A model generated the notes under the pieces. That model was not told the origin of the DNA, made no database searches, and saw nothing but the letters and a program-made list of their open reading frames with translations. From Octopus sinensis (lineage: Eukaryota): 64,000 nt of DNA. A program made the position numbers and the translations under genes. The stretch covers positions 4,463,360-4,527,359 of the forward strand of contig NC_043019.1 of assembly GCF_006345805.1 (NCBI RefSeq), written 5' to 3'. Shown here piece after piece: positions 1 through 10,110 of this stretch (the stretch's first letter is position 1; every line of letters starts with the position of its first letter).

Positions 1-800
1 AGAATTTGAACTCAGAACGTAGCGGCAGACGAAATACCTATTTCTTTACTACCCACAAGGGGCTATAACATAGAGGAGACAAACAAGGATAGACATAGGT
101 ATTAAGTCGATTACATCGACCCCAGTGCGTAACTGGTACTTAATTTATCGACCCCGAAAGGATAAAAGGTAAAGTCGACCTCAGCGGAATTTGAACTCAG
201 AACATAGAGGCAGACGAAATACCTATTTCTTTACTACCCACAAGGGGCTAAACATAGAGGGGACAAACAAGGACAGACATAGGTATTAAGTCGATTACAT
301 CGACCCCAGTGCGTAACTGGTACTTAATTTATCGACCCCGAAAGGATGAAAGGCAAAGGTGACCTCGGTGGAATTTGAACTCAGAACATAGTGGCAGATG
401 AAATACCTTATTTCTTTACTACCCACAAAGGGCTAAACACAGAGAGGACAGACAAGGACAGACAAACTGATTAAGTCGATTACATTGACCTCAGTGCGTA
501 ACTGGTACTTAATTTATCTATCCCGAAAGGATAAAAGGTAAAGTCGACCTCGGCGGAATTTGAACTCAGAACGTAGAGGCTGACAAAATACCTATTTCTT
601 TACTACCCACAAGGGGCTAAACATAGAGGGGACAAACAAGGACAGACATAGGTATTAAGTCGATTACATCGACCTCTGTGCGTAACTGGTACTTAATTTA
701 TCTATCCCGAAAGGATGACAGGCAAAGTCGACCTCGGCGAAATTGAACTCAGAACGTAGCGGCAGACGAAATACTGCTAAGCATTTCGCCCGGCGTGCTA
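1..800 (-). mobile_element. S1 tRNA-derived SINE, tandem array (truncated head + >=4 units of ~185 bp)
   Basis: TATTTCTTTACTACC recurs at 39, 224, 409, 593. Reverse complement has B-box GAGTTCAAATTCC in each unit and head remnant TAGCACGCCGGGCGAAATGCTTAGC at 773-800. Runs off the window start. Confidence 0.85.
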
Positions 801-1190
801 GGGGAAACAAAGTTATATTGCCTAATATATGCAATTTGTCTGCTCTTTCTTGTAAGTCAAAGCGACAACAATAGAGCCTCCGATGTTGTGGTGTATAAAA
901 TATGTGACCCAATAAAGTATGTGACCCTGTTGTAAATATATATATGAAAGTTGTGGAAAGAAAGAAAGAAAGAAAGATAGAGAGAGAGGTGTGAGAGAGG
1001 CCGAATTACAACATTGGAAATTTTCTCCAAGTTGCATTCTGAACAAAGCCCGGCTAATGTAGGTTACTGAGTGAAATTTGAACCTCAGTCAAAAGGCAAT
1101 TCGTTGACGTTAGCCTATAGTTTTTTTTTTATTCGATTAGCCTATAGTTTTTTATTCGATTATAAATTATTTTTCATTCACCATTTCATG

Positions 1191-1633
1191 CACGATATCC
1201 GGCGATCTTTCGTCTCTAGTAGACCTTTCCGTCGATTTCCGTAAAAATTTTTTTTTTTTTTTACGTATGGGCTTGCGGGAACTTTTGAAGTAATATACAT
1301 ACATATACACATACACCGAGTAAAAATTTCAGTTATCTCTTTCTTTCACACATTACTCTGTCTCTTCACACACACTAACAGAAGCACTTCACTTACACAA
1401 CATACTGTCTGTCTCCCACACCCCATCAAACACACACACACACATGTACATCAATGCTTCCCCTGGACGGTAACTTCAAAAGAACTTCCCTCGTCATACA
1501 ATCGCTTTCTCTTAGTCTCTTTCGCTCTCATTACTTCAAAAGTTCCCGGAAGCCCATATGTAAAAAAAAATTTTTTTACGGAAATCGACGGAAAGGTCTA
1601 CTAGAGACGAAAGATTGCCCGATCGCCTTAGTG
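1191..1633. mobile_element. MITE with ~95-bp terminal inverted repeats; superfamily uncertain (right end reads CACTA on minus)
   Basis: 1201-1294 is the near-perfect reverse complement of 1530-1619. The interior matches 36866-37050 reversed. No clear TSD. Confidence 0.75.
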
Positions 1634-2093
1634 AATTGTATATAAAATACTTAACATTCTGCTCCAGTTCGAATCTTCGTTCTGCTTTGACTTTTGCACC
1701 TCCTGGGAGATTTCACAGGTATTTCTAGCAGAAATAGCGACTTCCCTTTTAACCGTCCGGTTGATTAATGTACAGGTCTGTGCAAATCTCCTTCCTTCAT
1801 GCCACCACTAGCGTGACGAAAGGGCGGTTCGCCCCCGGGTGGCACTTTTGGGTCTGCTGTAGGCGATATGTGTTTCTCGTGGGGGTCCAGGGGCGGAAAA
1901 CGGTAGGGGCCGCCCAGGGAAGCACACACTCTAGCTTACGCTAATGCATGGCACCGACGTTTATCCGAGGGAGAAGCGGCTCACCTGAGCCCTAAAAAGT
2001 CAGGTGTTGCTGTCAGGTAAAAAAAAAAATAAGACTGAACCCTAATTAGGCCCGAACTCCCTATCACATCCGCTAAACCACTACCCTACTAGT

Positions 2094-3365
2094 TTGTACG
2101 CCCCTCCCGTCCACTTCTACTTCCGCATCTTCCTCCTCTTCTTTTCCGTCCCCTTCTTCCTCCCCTTGTTCTTCCTTCTCCTCTTCCTCTCCTTTTCTCC
2201 TTTTTCCTCCCCCCCTCTTCCTCTTATCTCCCCTTTTCTTCTCTTTCCTCTTCTTCCTCCTCCCCCTTTTCTGCCTCTTCTCGTCTTCCTCCTCTTCTTT
2301 TTCTTCTGCCCTCTCCTCTTTCCCTCTTCCTCCTCTTGCTCATCCTCCCCCTCCGTTTCCTCCCTCTCCCCCTTCCTCATCCTTTTCTTCTTCTTGTTAT
2401 TTCTTCTCTTCCCCTTCCTCCTTCTCTTTGTTTTTTCTGTCCCTTCTCACTCTTCCATTTCCACTTCCTCTTCCACCTAAATTTTCCTCTTCCTCCCCAC
2501 TTTTCTTCTTCCTCTTCCACCCAAATTTTCCTCTTCCTTCCCACTTTTCCTCTTCCTCTCCACTTTTCTTCTTCCTCTTCTTCCCCACTTTCCTTCCTCT
2601 TCTTCCTCCCACTTTCCTTCCTCTTCTTCTCCTCCCCCTTTTCTGCCTCTTCTCGTCTTCCTCCTCTTCTTTTTCTTCTGCCCTCTCCTCTTTCCCTCTT
2701 CCTCCTCTTGCTCATCCTCCCCCTCCGTTTCCTCCCTCCCCCCCCCCTCCCCTTCCTCATCCTTTTCTTCTTGTTATTTCTTCTCTTCCCCTTCCTCCTT
2801 CTCTTTGTTTTTTCTGTCCCTTCTCACTCTTCCATTTCCACTTCCTCTTCCACCTAAATTTTCCTCTTCCTCCCCACTTTTCTTCTTCCTCTTCCACCCA
2901 AATTTTCCTCTTCCTTCCCACTTTTCCTCTTCCTCTTCCACCCAAATTTTCCTCTTCCTCCCCACTTTTCTTCTTCCTCTTCTTCCCCACTTTCCTTCCT
3001 CTTCTTCCTCCCCACTTTCCTTCCTCTTCTTCCTCCCCACTTTTCTTCCTCTTCTTCCTCCCACTTTCCTTCCTCCTCTTTCTCCCAAATTTTCTTCCTC
3101 TTCTTCCCCACTATTCTTCCTCCTCTTCCTCCCCACTTTTCTTCCTCTTCTTCCCCACTTTTCTTCCTCCTCTTTCTCCCCACTTTTCTTCCTCTTCTTC
3201 CCCACTTTTCTTCCTCCTCTTTCTCCCCACTTTTCTTCCTCTTTCTCCCAAATTTTCTTCCTCCTCTTCTTCCCCACTATTCTTCTTCCTCTTCTTCCTC
3301 CCACTTTTCTTCTTCCTCCCCCTCACCCTTTTGCTTCCTCAGTCTTTTCCTCCTCCTCCTCCTCC
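2094..3365. repeat. Polypyrimidine (CT-rich) low-complexity tract with a 377-bp internal duplication and ~30-bp CCCCACTTTTCTTCCTCTTC units
   Basis: Identical ORF starts at 2428 and 2805 give a period of 377. Almost purine-free on +. Confidence 0.9.
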
Positions 3366-3823
3366 TTTCACACAACAGAAATTACGATTCCGAAATACAT
3401 ATTTTTTCCAAAATATTCCTATCCTTTCTTTTACATTTTTCTGAAAAACCGAAAAACATTAAAGGACTGCAATTTGTACTTTCACTTCGCTTAAGCTGTT
3501 AGTATTCTTGAACAACAGTCACAATCCCTTTTGTTCTACGTCTATAAATTTATGGACCCATTGAAAAATCGTTAATAACATTTGATTTGTCAAGTGTGTA
3601 TTTCTCATCGTAAATCGGGTCAAACTCATTAAAAATAATGATAATTTAACAAACATCATTTATAGGTTATTTTGAGCAAATCTATGGGAGGCAGTGAAAG
3701 GAAATTGTATTAATAAAAAAAATATTGAACAAATTGTGTCTAGGGAGAGTCATTATGGACTAAGGGAAAAGTCACTGAAAATGTTGTGAATAACAACGAA
3801 AGAGTAAAGATTATTTGACAGCA

Positions 3824-4240
3824 TAGGCGCGGAGTGGCTGTGTGGTAAGTAGCTTGTTTACCAACCACATGGTTCCGGGTTCAGTCCCACTGCGTGGCAC
3901 CTTGGGCAAGTGTCTTCTACTATAGTCTCGAACCGACCAAAGCCTTGTGAGTGGATTTGGTAGACGGAAACTGAAAGAAGCCTGTCGTATATATGTATAT
4001 ATATATATATATGTGTGTGTTTGTGTGTCTGTGTTTGTACTCCTAGCATTGCTTGACAACTGATGCTAGTGTGTTTATGTCCCCGCTACTTAGCGGTTCG
4101 GCAAAAGATACCGATAGAATAAGTACTGGGCTTACAAAAGAATAAGTCCCGGGGTCGAGTTGCTCGATTAAAGGTGGTGCTCCAGCATGGCCGCAGTCAA
4201 ATGACTGAAACAAGTAAAAGAGTAAAAGAGAGTAAAGAGA
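3824..4240 (+). mobile_element. S2 tRNA-derived SINE, full length
   Basis: Head TAGGCGCGGAGTGGCTGTGTGGTAAG..GGTTCAGTCCC, CCTTGGGCAAGTGTC core, central (TA)n(TG)n, tail (GAGTAAAA)n. Confidence 0.9.
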
Positions 4241-4326
4241 GCATAACGTGGCAGTACTGGTTAGGATGAATGCTACTGCTATTTAGCCCCAGGGAGCAAC
4301 GAAAGAGCTTTGGCAAAAATAGCTTT

Positions 4327-4500
4327 GGCGTAGGAGTGGCTGTGTGGTAAGTAGCTTGCTTACAAACCACATGGTTCCGGGTTCAGTCCCACTGCGTGGC
4401 ACCTTGGGCAAGTGTCTTCTACTATAGTCTCGAGCCAACCAAAGCCTGGTAGATCTGGTAGAAACTGAAAGAAGCCCGTTGTATATATGTATATTTATCT
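4327..4500 (+). mobile_element. S2 SINE, 5' half
   Basis: Same head and core as 3824, ending in the central microsatellite. Confidence 0.8.
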
Positions 4501-4518
4501 ATATATATAGATATATAT

Positions 4519-4672
4519 ACCGGAGTAAACACATAAATGTGAAACAAGGTGGAAAAAAGAGTACTCAAATACCAGTGGTAGAGTAATATGCTTTATTTAA
4601 AGCAGCAGAAAATTCAACAAAACCTGTTACTCTGAGTTTCACATTGCCGTTCGTCGGACAGTTTTTGCTAGA
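4519..4672 (-). mobile_element. Short PLE-type tail element ending in (TA)n
   Basis: Hammerhead-like motif at its 5' end on minus; 3' end abuts (TA)n at ~4518. Confidence 0.5.
4624..4661 (-). ncRNA. Minimal type-I hammerhead-like motif (U4C core variant)
   Basis: Minus: CUGU|CCGACGA|ACG-GCAA-UGU|GAAA|CUCAGAG|UA|ACAG. Helix I CUGU/ACAG, GNRA-capped helix II, short helix III, GUA triplet. Confidence 0.6.
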
Positions 4673-4695
4673 AAAAAAAAAAATATATATATATA

Positions 4696-5100
4696 CTCTT
4701 TTACTCTTTTACTTGTTTCAGTCATTTGACTGCGGCCATGCTGGAGCACCACCTTTAGTCGAGCAAATCGACCCCGGGATTTATTCTTTGTAAGCCCAGT
4801 ACTTATTCTATCGGTATCTTTTGCCGAACCGCTAAGTGACGGGGACGTAAACACACACCAGCATCGGTTGTCAAGCAATGCTAGGGGGACAAACACAGAC
4901 ACACAAACACACACACACACATACATATATATATATACATATATACGACAGGCTTCTTTCAGTTTCCGTCTACCAAATCCACTCACAAGGCATTGGTCAG
5001 CCCGGAGCTATAGCAGAAGACACTTGCCCAAGATACCACGCAGTGGCATTGAACCCAGAACCATGTGGTTTGTTAGCAAGCTACTTACCACACAGCCACT
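4696..5100 (-). mobile_element. S2 SINE, full length
   Basis: Reverse complement of the 3824 copy, from tail to head. Confidence 0.9.
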
Positions 5101-5226
5101 ATATATATATATATATATATATTTCGTTATTGTCCACAAGGGGCTAAACATAGAGGGGACAAACAAAGGGATTAAGTCGATTACATCGACCCCAGTGCGT
5201 AACTGGTGCTTTATTTATCGACCACG

Positions 5227-5460
5227 TATGTGTGTGTATATGTTTGTGTGTCTGTGTTTGTCCCCCTAACATCGCTTGACAACCAATGCTGGTGTGTTTA
5301 TGTCCCCGTAACCTTAGCTGTTCGGCAAAAGAGACCGATAGAATAAGTACTAGGCTTACAAAGAATAAGTCCAGGGGTCGATTTGCTCGACTAAAGGCGG
5401 TGCTCCAGCATGGCCACAGTCAAATGACTGAAAGAAGTAAAAGAGTAAAAAGTAAGAGAG
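5227..5460 (+). mobile_element. S2 SINE 3' half, preceded by an S1 fragment (5121-5224, minus)
   Basis: Matches the 3' domain GACAACCAATGCTGG...GTCAAATGACTGAAA. Confidence 0.8.
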
Positions 5461-5649
5461 AGAACAAAAATGAAACAAACCATTGACTGTCTAACCAAGG
5501 TAAAAAAAACAACAAAACAATCGATTAGTCAGTTGGATTTTTAACCAATTGACTAATAATAAAGGAGTGGAATTGGACCAGTGCGTGTGTTATTATTAGT
5601 ATTGGCATAATGACCCTCCCTGGATACAAGTTTTGTTTTATTCTTTTAT

Positions 5650-6119
5650 TCTTTTACCTGTTTCAGCCATTTCAATGCGGCCATGCTGCAGCACTGCCTT
5701 GAAGGGTTTTAGTCGAAGAAATCAATCCCAGGACTTATTCTTTAAAGCCTAGTACTTATATCGGTCTCTTTTTACTGAACCGCTATGTTATGGGGACGTA
5801 AATACACAAACACCGGTTGTCAAGCAGTGATGTGAGGGGACACACACGCGCGCACACACATATGACAGACTTATTTCAGTTTCCATCTACCAAATCCACT
5901 CACTGGACTTCTGTTGGCCCAAGGCAATATTCTCTCTTTCTTTTATTTGTTTCAGTCATTTGACTTGGGCCATGCTGGAGCACTGCCTTTAGTCAAGCAA
6001 ATCGAGCCTAGTACTTATTCTATCGGTTGCTTTTGCCGAACCACTAAGTTCCGGGGACGTAAACACACCAGCATCAGTTGTCAAGCGATGTTGGGGAGGA
6101 CAAACACAGACACACATAC

Positions 6120-6150
<31 letters not shown>
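5650..6150 (-). mobile_element. Two diverged partial S2 SINEs
   Basis: Repeated CAGTCATTTGAC..CATGCTGGAGCAC..AGTACTTATTCTATCGG motifs. Confidence 0.75.
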
Positions 6151-6154
<4 letters not shown>

Positions 6155-6330
6155 AAATATTATTAGAGACAAAACCACTATTTTGCAAAACAAACAAGGA
6201 AAGACTTAATCAATACATAAAATTTTAATAAATAGTCTATTTATTAAAATTATTAAAATTTTATGTATTGATTAAGTCTTTCCTTGTTTGTTTTGCAAAA
6301 TAGTGGTTTTGTCTCTAATAATATTTTATA
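6151..6330. repeat. Perfect 81-bp fold-back palindrome
   Basis: 6151-6231 is the exact reverse complement of 6250-6330; 18-nt spacer; left end abuts (TA)n. Confidence 0.95.
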
Positions 6331-6417
6331 ATATTTTACTATAAAATTGGATTTAATCCTAAATCTGATTTTTTTCCCTGTAAATTTGGATTTATTCCCT
6401 AATATTTATTATATATA

Positions 6418-6452
<35 letters not shown>

Positions 6453-6550
6453 ACGGGAAGGTTTACGAAAATAATCAAAAGACGAAGGCAGGTGGAGTAC
6501 AAACAAACAAATGTATTAGTATGGCGCTCAGGAATAGAAATAGAAAAAGT

Positions 6551-6586
6551 CTTTTACGTTTCGAGCCTACGCTCTTCGACAGAAAG
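6551..6586 (-). ncRNA. Minimal type-I hammerhead-like motif (A6U core variant)
   Basis: Minus: CUUU|CUGUCGA-A|GAGC-GUAG-GCUC|GAAA|CG|UA|AAAG; palindromic ACGU helix III. Confidence 0.6.
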
Positions 6587-6758
6587 ATACACAGAAAAAT
6601 ACAAGGAGAGAAACAAGGAGGGAAAAAAATGCATGTAGGAGCTAACGATCTATCATGGCGTCCTGTATAGGGAGAGTTTACGGAAAACAACAAAAGATGA
6701 AGACAGGTAGTGTAGAAATCAAACAGATGTATTAGTATAATGCTCAGGAATAGAAAGT

Positions 6759-6794
6759 CTTTTACGTTTCAAGCCTACGCTCTTCTACAGAAAG
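6759..6794 (-). ncRNA. Second hammerhead-like motif of the tandem element (A6U variant)
   Basis: Minus: CUUU|CUGUAGA-A|GAGC-GUAG-GCUU|GAAA|CG|UA|AAAG; 208 nt from the 6551 motif. Confidence 0.55.
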
Positions 6795-7500
6795 GGACAC
6801 AGAAAAAACAAGGAGAGAAAAAAATGTGTGTAGTGGCTAACGATCTATCATGGCGACTGCCAGACAGAAGGGTCACCTTCCGTATATATATATATACACA
6901 TATATACAACGGGCTTCTTTCAGTTTCCGTCTACCAAATCCACTCAAGGCTTTGGTTGGCCCAAGGCTATAGTAGAAGACACTTGCCCAAGGTGCCATGC
7001 AGTGGGACTGAACCCGGAACCATGTGGTTGGGACGCAAGCTTCTTCAACACAGATTCACAAAAGAATCTTGTGTAAACCAGATCCGAAAACCAAGTTGGA
7101 CATAATTTTAGTAAGAAATTTCTGACCCTACAAACTGTCACAAATGGTCTCGTGCCACCCAAGTGTTTTGATGTCACCATAGCCAACGAGGGGTGTCTCT
7201 TCCCGTGTTACTCATTTTGCTATCTCCACACACCCCACCGCCTTTAAGCTAATCTAGGCCGACACGTTTGAGGTGGAAAAACCCAATAGAAACACCTTCA
7301 GCTAATTTTAGGTTGGCTCCTTGTCCTCTTACTTGATATATATTCTCTCTTTATATATAGTCTCTCTTTATATATATATATATAATATATAATATATATA
7401 TAACGGGAAGGTTTACGAAAATAATCAAAAGACGAAGGCAGGTGGAGTACAAACAAACAAATGTATTAGTATGGCGCTCAGGAATAGAAATAGAAAAAGT

Positions 7501-7536
7501 CTTTTACGTTTCGAGCCTACGCTCTTCGACAGAAAG
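7501..7536 (-). ncRNA. Duplicate of the 6551 hammerhead-like motif
   Basis: Identical sequence. Its partner at 7708-7742 has lost one A of GAAA. Confidence 0.55.
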
Positions 7537-8314
7537 ATACACAGAAAAATACAAGGAGAGAAACAAGGAGGGAAAAAAATGCATGTAGGAGCTAACGATC
7601 TATCATGGCGTCCTGTATAGGGAGAGTTTACGGAAAACAACAAAAGAGAAGACAGGTAGTGTAGAAATCAAACAGATGTATTAGTATAATGCTCAGGAAT
7701 AGAAAGTCTTTTACGTTCAAGCCTACGCTCTTCTACAGAAAGGGACACAGAAAAAACAAGGAGAGAAAAAAATGTGTGTAGTGGCTAACGATCTATCATG
7801 GCGACTGCCAGACAGAAGGTCACCTTCCGTATATATATATATACACATATATACAACGGGCTTCTTTCAGTTTCCGTCTACCAAATCCACTCAAGGCTTT
7901 GGTTGGCCCAAGGCTATAGTAGAAGACACTTGCCCAAGGTGCCATGCAGTGGGACTGAACCCGGAACCATGTGGTTGGGACGCAAGCTTCTTCAACACAG
8001 ATTCACATAAAGAATCTTGTGTAAACCAGATCCGAAAACCAAGTTGGACATAATTTTAGTAAGAAATTTCTGACCCTACAAACTGTCACAAATGGTCTCG
8101 TGCCACCCAAGTGTTATTGATGTCACCATAGCCAACGAGGGGTGTCTCTTCCCGTGTTACTCATTTTGCTATCTCCACACACCCCACCGCCTTTAAGCTA
8201 ATCTAGGCCGACACGTTTGAGGTGGAAAAACCCAATAGAAACACCTTCAGCTAATTTTAGGTTGGCTCCTTGTCCTCTTACTTGATATATATTCTCTCTT
8301 TATATATAGTCTCT

Positions 8315-8350
<36 letters not shown>

Positions 8351-8353
<3 letters not shown>

Positions 8354-8707
8354 TAAAACGGTAAGATAACAAAAGAAAGAAAGAGACCTCAATATTATGT
8401 AAATAGAGGAAATTTATCTATACAATAATATGTTACATTTACTCAATAGTCAAGATAAAACTCTGACTTTCAGATGCCGAAGTGGGAATCCACGACATCT
8501 CTTCGGTTATCTGGCTATTTTTTCATAGCAGTTTCAAATACCCAGATAACCGAAGAGATGGTGTCGTGGATTTCCACTTCGGCATCTGAAACTCAGAGTT
8601 TTATCTTGACTACCGAGTAATGTAACATATTATTTTATAGATAAATTTCCTCTATTTACATAATATTGAGGTCTCTTTCTTTCTTTTGTTATCTTACCGT
8701 TTTACCA
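8351..8707. repeat. Fold-back element, ~165-bp arms, 27-nt loop, flanked by (TA)n
   Basis: 8351-8514 pairs with 8542-8707, with about 5 substitutions and 2 small indels. Confidence 0.95.
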
Positions 8708-8724
8708 ATATATATATAGTGTCT

Positions 8725-9515
8725 TTATATATAGTCTTGTCTCCTCTTCCTTCTCATCCCCTTTCTCTCTTTTCCATCTTCCTCTTCCTCCACTTCGTCT
8801 CCTTCTCCCTCCTCTCCATCCACTTCCTCTCCTTCCATTTCCTTTTCCTTTTCCTCCTCTTCCCCTTCCTTTCCTTCCTATTCCTCCTCTCACCCTTCCT
8901 CCTCTCTCCCCTTCCTCTTCTTCCCCTTCCTTTCCTTCCTATTCCTCCTCTCCCCTTCTTCTTCCCCTTCCTTTCCTTCCTCTTCCTCCTCTCACCCCTT
9001 CCTTTCCTCCCTGTTCCTCCTCTCCCCTTCCTCCTCTTCCTTCTTCCTCCTTTCCCTTCCGCTTCCCCTTCCTTTCCTTCCTCTTCCTCTTCCTTTCCTT
9101 CCTTTTCCTCCTCTTCATTCCTCTTCCCCTTCCTTTCCTTCCTATTCCTTCTCTCCCCTTCCTCCTCTTCCCCTTCCTTTCCTCCCTGTTCCTCCTCTCC
9201 CCTTCCTCCTCTCTCCCCTTCCTCCTCTTCCTTCTTCCTCCTTTCCCTTCCGCTTCCCCTTCCTTTCTTCCTATTCCTCCTCTCCCCTTCTTCTTCCCCT
9301 TCCTTTCCTTCCTCTTCCTCTTCCTTTACCTCTTCTTTCTCTTCCTCTTCTTCTTTTCCCTTTGTTCTTCTTCCTCTCCCTCCTCTTCCTATTCCTCAAC
9401 TTCCTTTTCATCTTCCTCTCCTTTTCCCTCTTCCGGTTCCTCTTCCTCCTTTTCTTTCTCTATTTCCTCCTTTTCTTCCTCTTCCTTTACCTCTTCTTTC
9501 TCTTCCTTTTCTTCC
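8725..9515. repeat. Polypyrimidine (CT-rich) low-complexity tract
   Basis: Nearly purine-free on +; source of the spurious 310-aa ORF. Confidence 0.9.
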
Positions 9516-9529
9516 TCATAATGGTATGA

Positions 9530-9678
9530 AAAAACAGGAGATTACCATACAGCTGTTTTTTTTGGTGAGACGCATTCTCCAAGACATGTTTAAGACTGCT
9601 CTCAACATTCGAGTGTAATTCCCATCTAGCTTGGATACCAGTTTTTTGGCCAGCATCCAGGCTGTAGTTCCATATCAG
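9530..9678 (-). mobile_element. RTE-clade LINE remnant (RT C-terminal region)
   Basis: Minus translation YGTTAWMLAKKLVSKLDGNYTRMLRAVLNMSWR, homologous to the YGSETW..LDGTYTRLL seen at 16403 and 43660. Confidence 0.75.
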
Positions 9679-9830
9679 TGAATAGATTGATCATTCTTCA
9701 CAATGGTAACTATAGACGCAGCCCATTCTGAATACTGCACAGTTTTAATTACATTGAGCGACTCAAGATGCTCAAATTCCGTGTCCACTTTATTAGCAAT
9801 GCACAATGAAAATGGTGAGCTTTGCAGAAA
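9679..9830 (-). mobile_element. Ty3/Gypsy pol remnant (start of RT)
   Basis: FCKA..NKVDTEFEHLESLNVIKTVQYSEWAASIVTIVKNDQSI resembles the Gypsy FCKARPVP..ELDRLE..GVI.PV..SEWAAPIV.V.K motif. Confidence 0.7.
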
Positions 9831-10110
9831 AAGTGGCTGTGTGGTAAGTAGCTTGCTTACGGACTACATGGTTCTGGGTTCAGTCCCACTGTGTGGCACC
9901 TTGGGCAAGTGTCTTCTACTATAGCCTCGGGCCGACCAATGCCTTGTGAGTAGATTTGGTAGACGGAAACTGAAAGAAGCCCATTGTATGTATATATATA
10001 TATATATATATTAATCAATATCAGGGTAGCAAAAAATTCAAGAGAAATTTTTCACCACCAGCGGTCAAGTGAGAAAGAAAAAATAGTCAACAGACTATAT
10101 AATATACATT

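Larger units (their letters stand above)
6420..8340. repeat. Near-identical tandem duplication, period 950 bp
   Basis: TAACGGGAAGGTTTACG at 6451 and 7401. Copies differ only by a few 1-nt indels. Each holds the hammerhead dimer element, an S2 5' half and unique DNA. Confidence 0.9.

Noticed and set aside
1850-1930. HDV-like ribozyme (TTCTCGT resembles loop L3)
   Set aside because: P3 and P1 pairings could not be formed in the required order.
2094-3494. Long ORFs (up to 338 aa) on both strands
   Set aside because: Stop-free by composition (CT/GA tract); F/L/P/S- or R/K/E/G-only peptides.
8686-9618. 310-aa ORF
   Set aside because: Polypyrimidine low-complexity tract.
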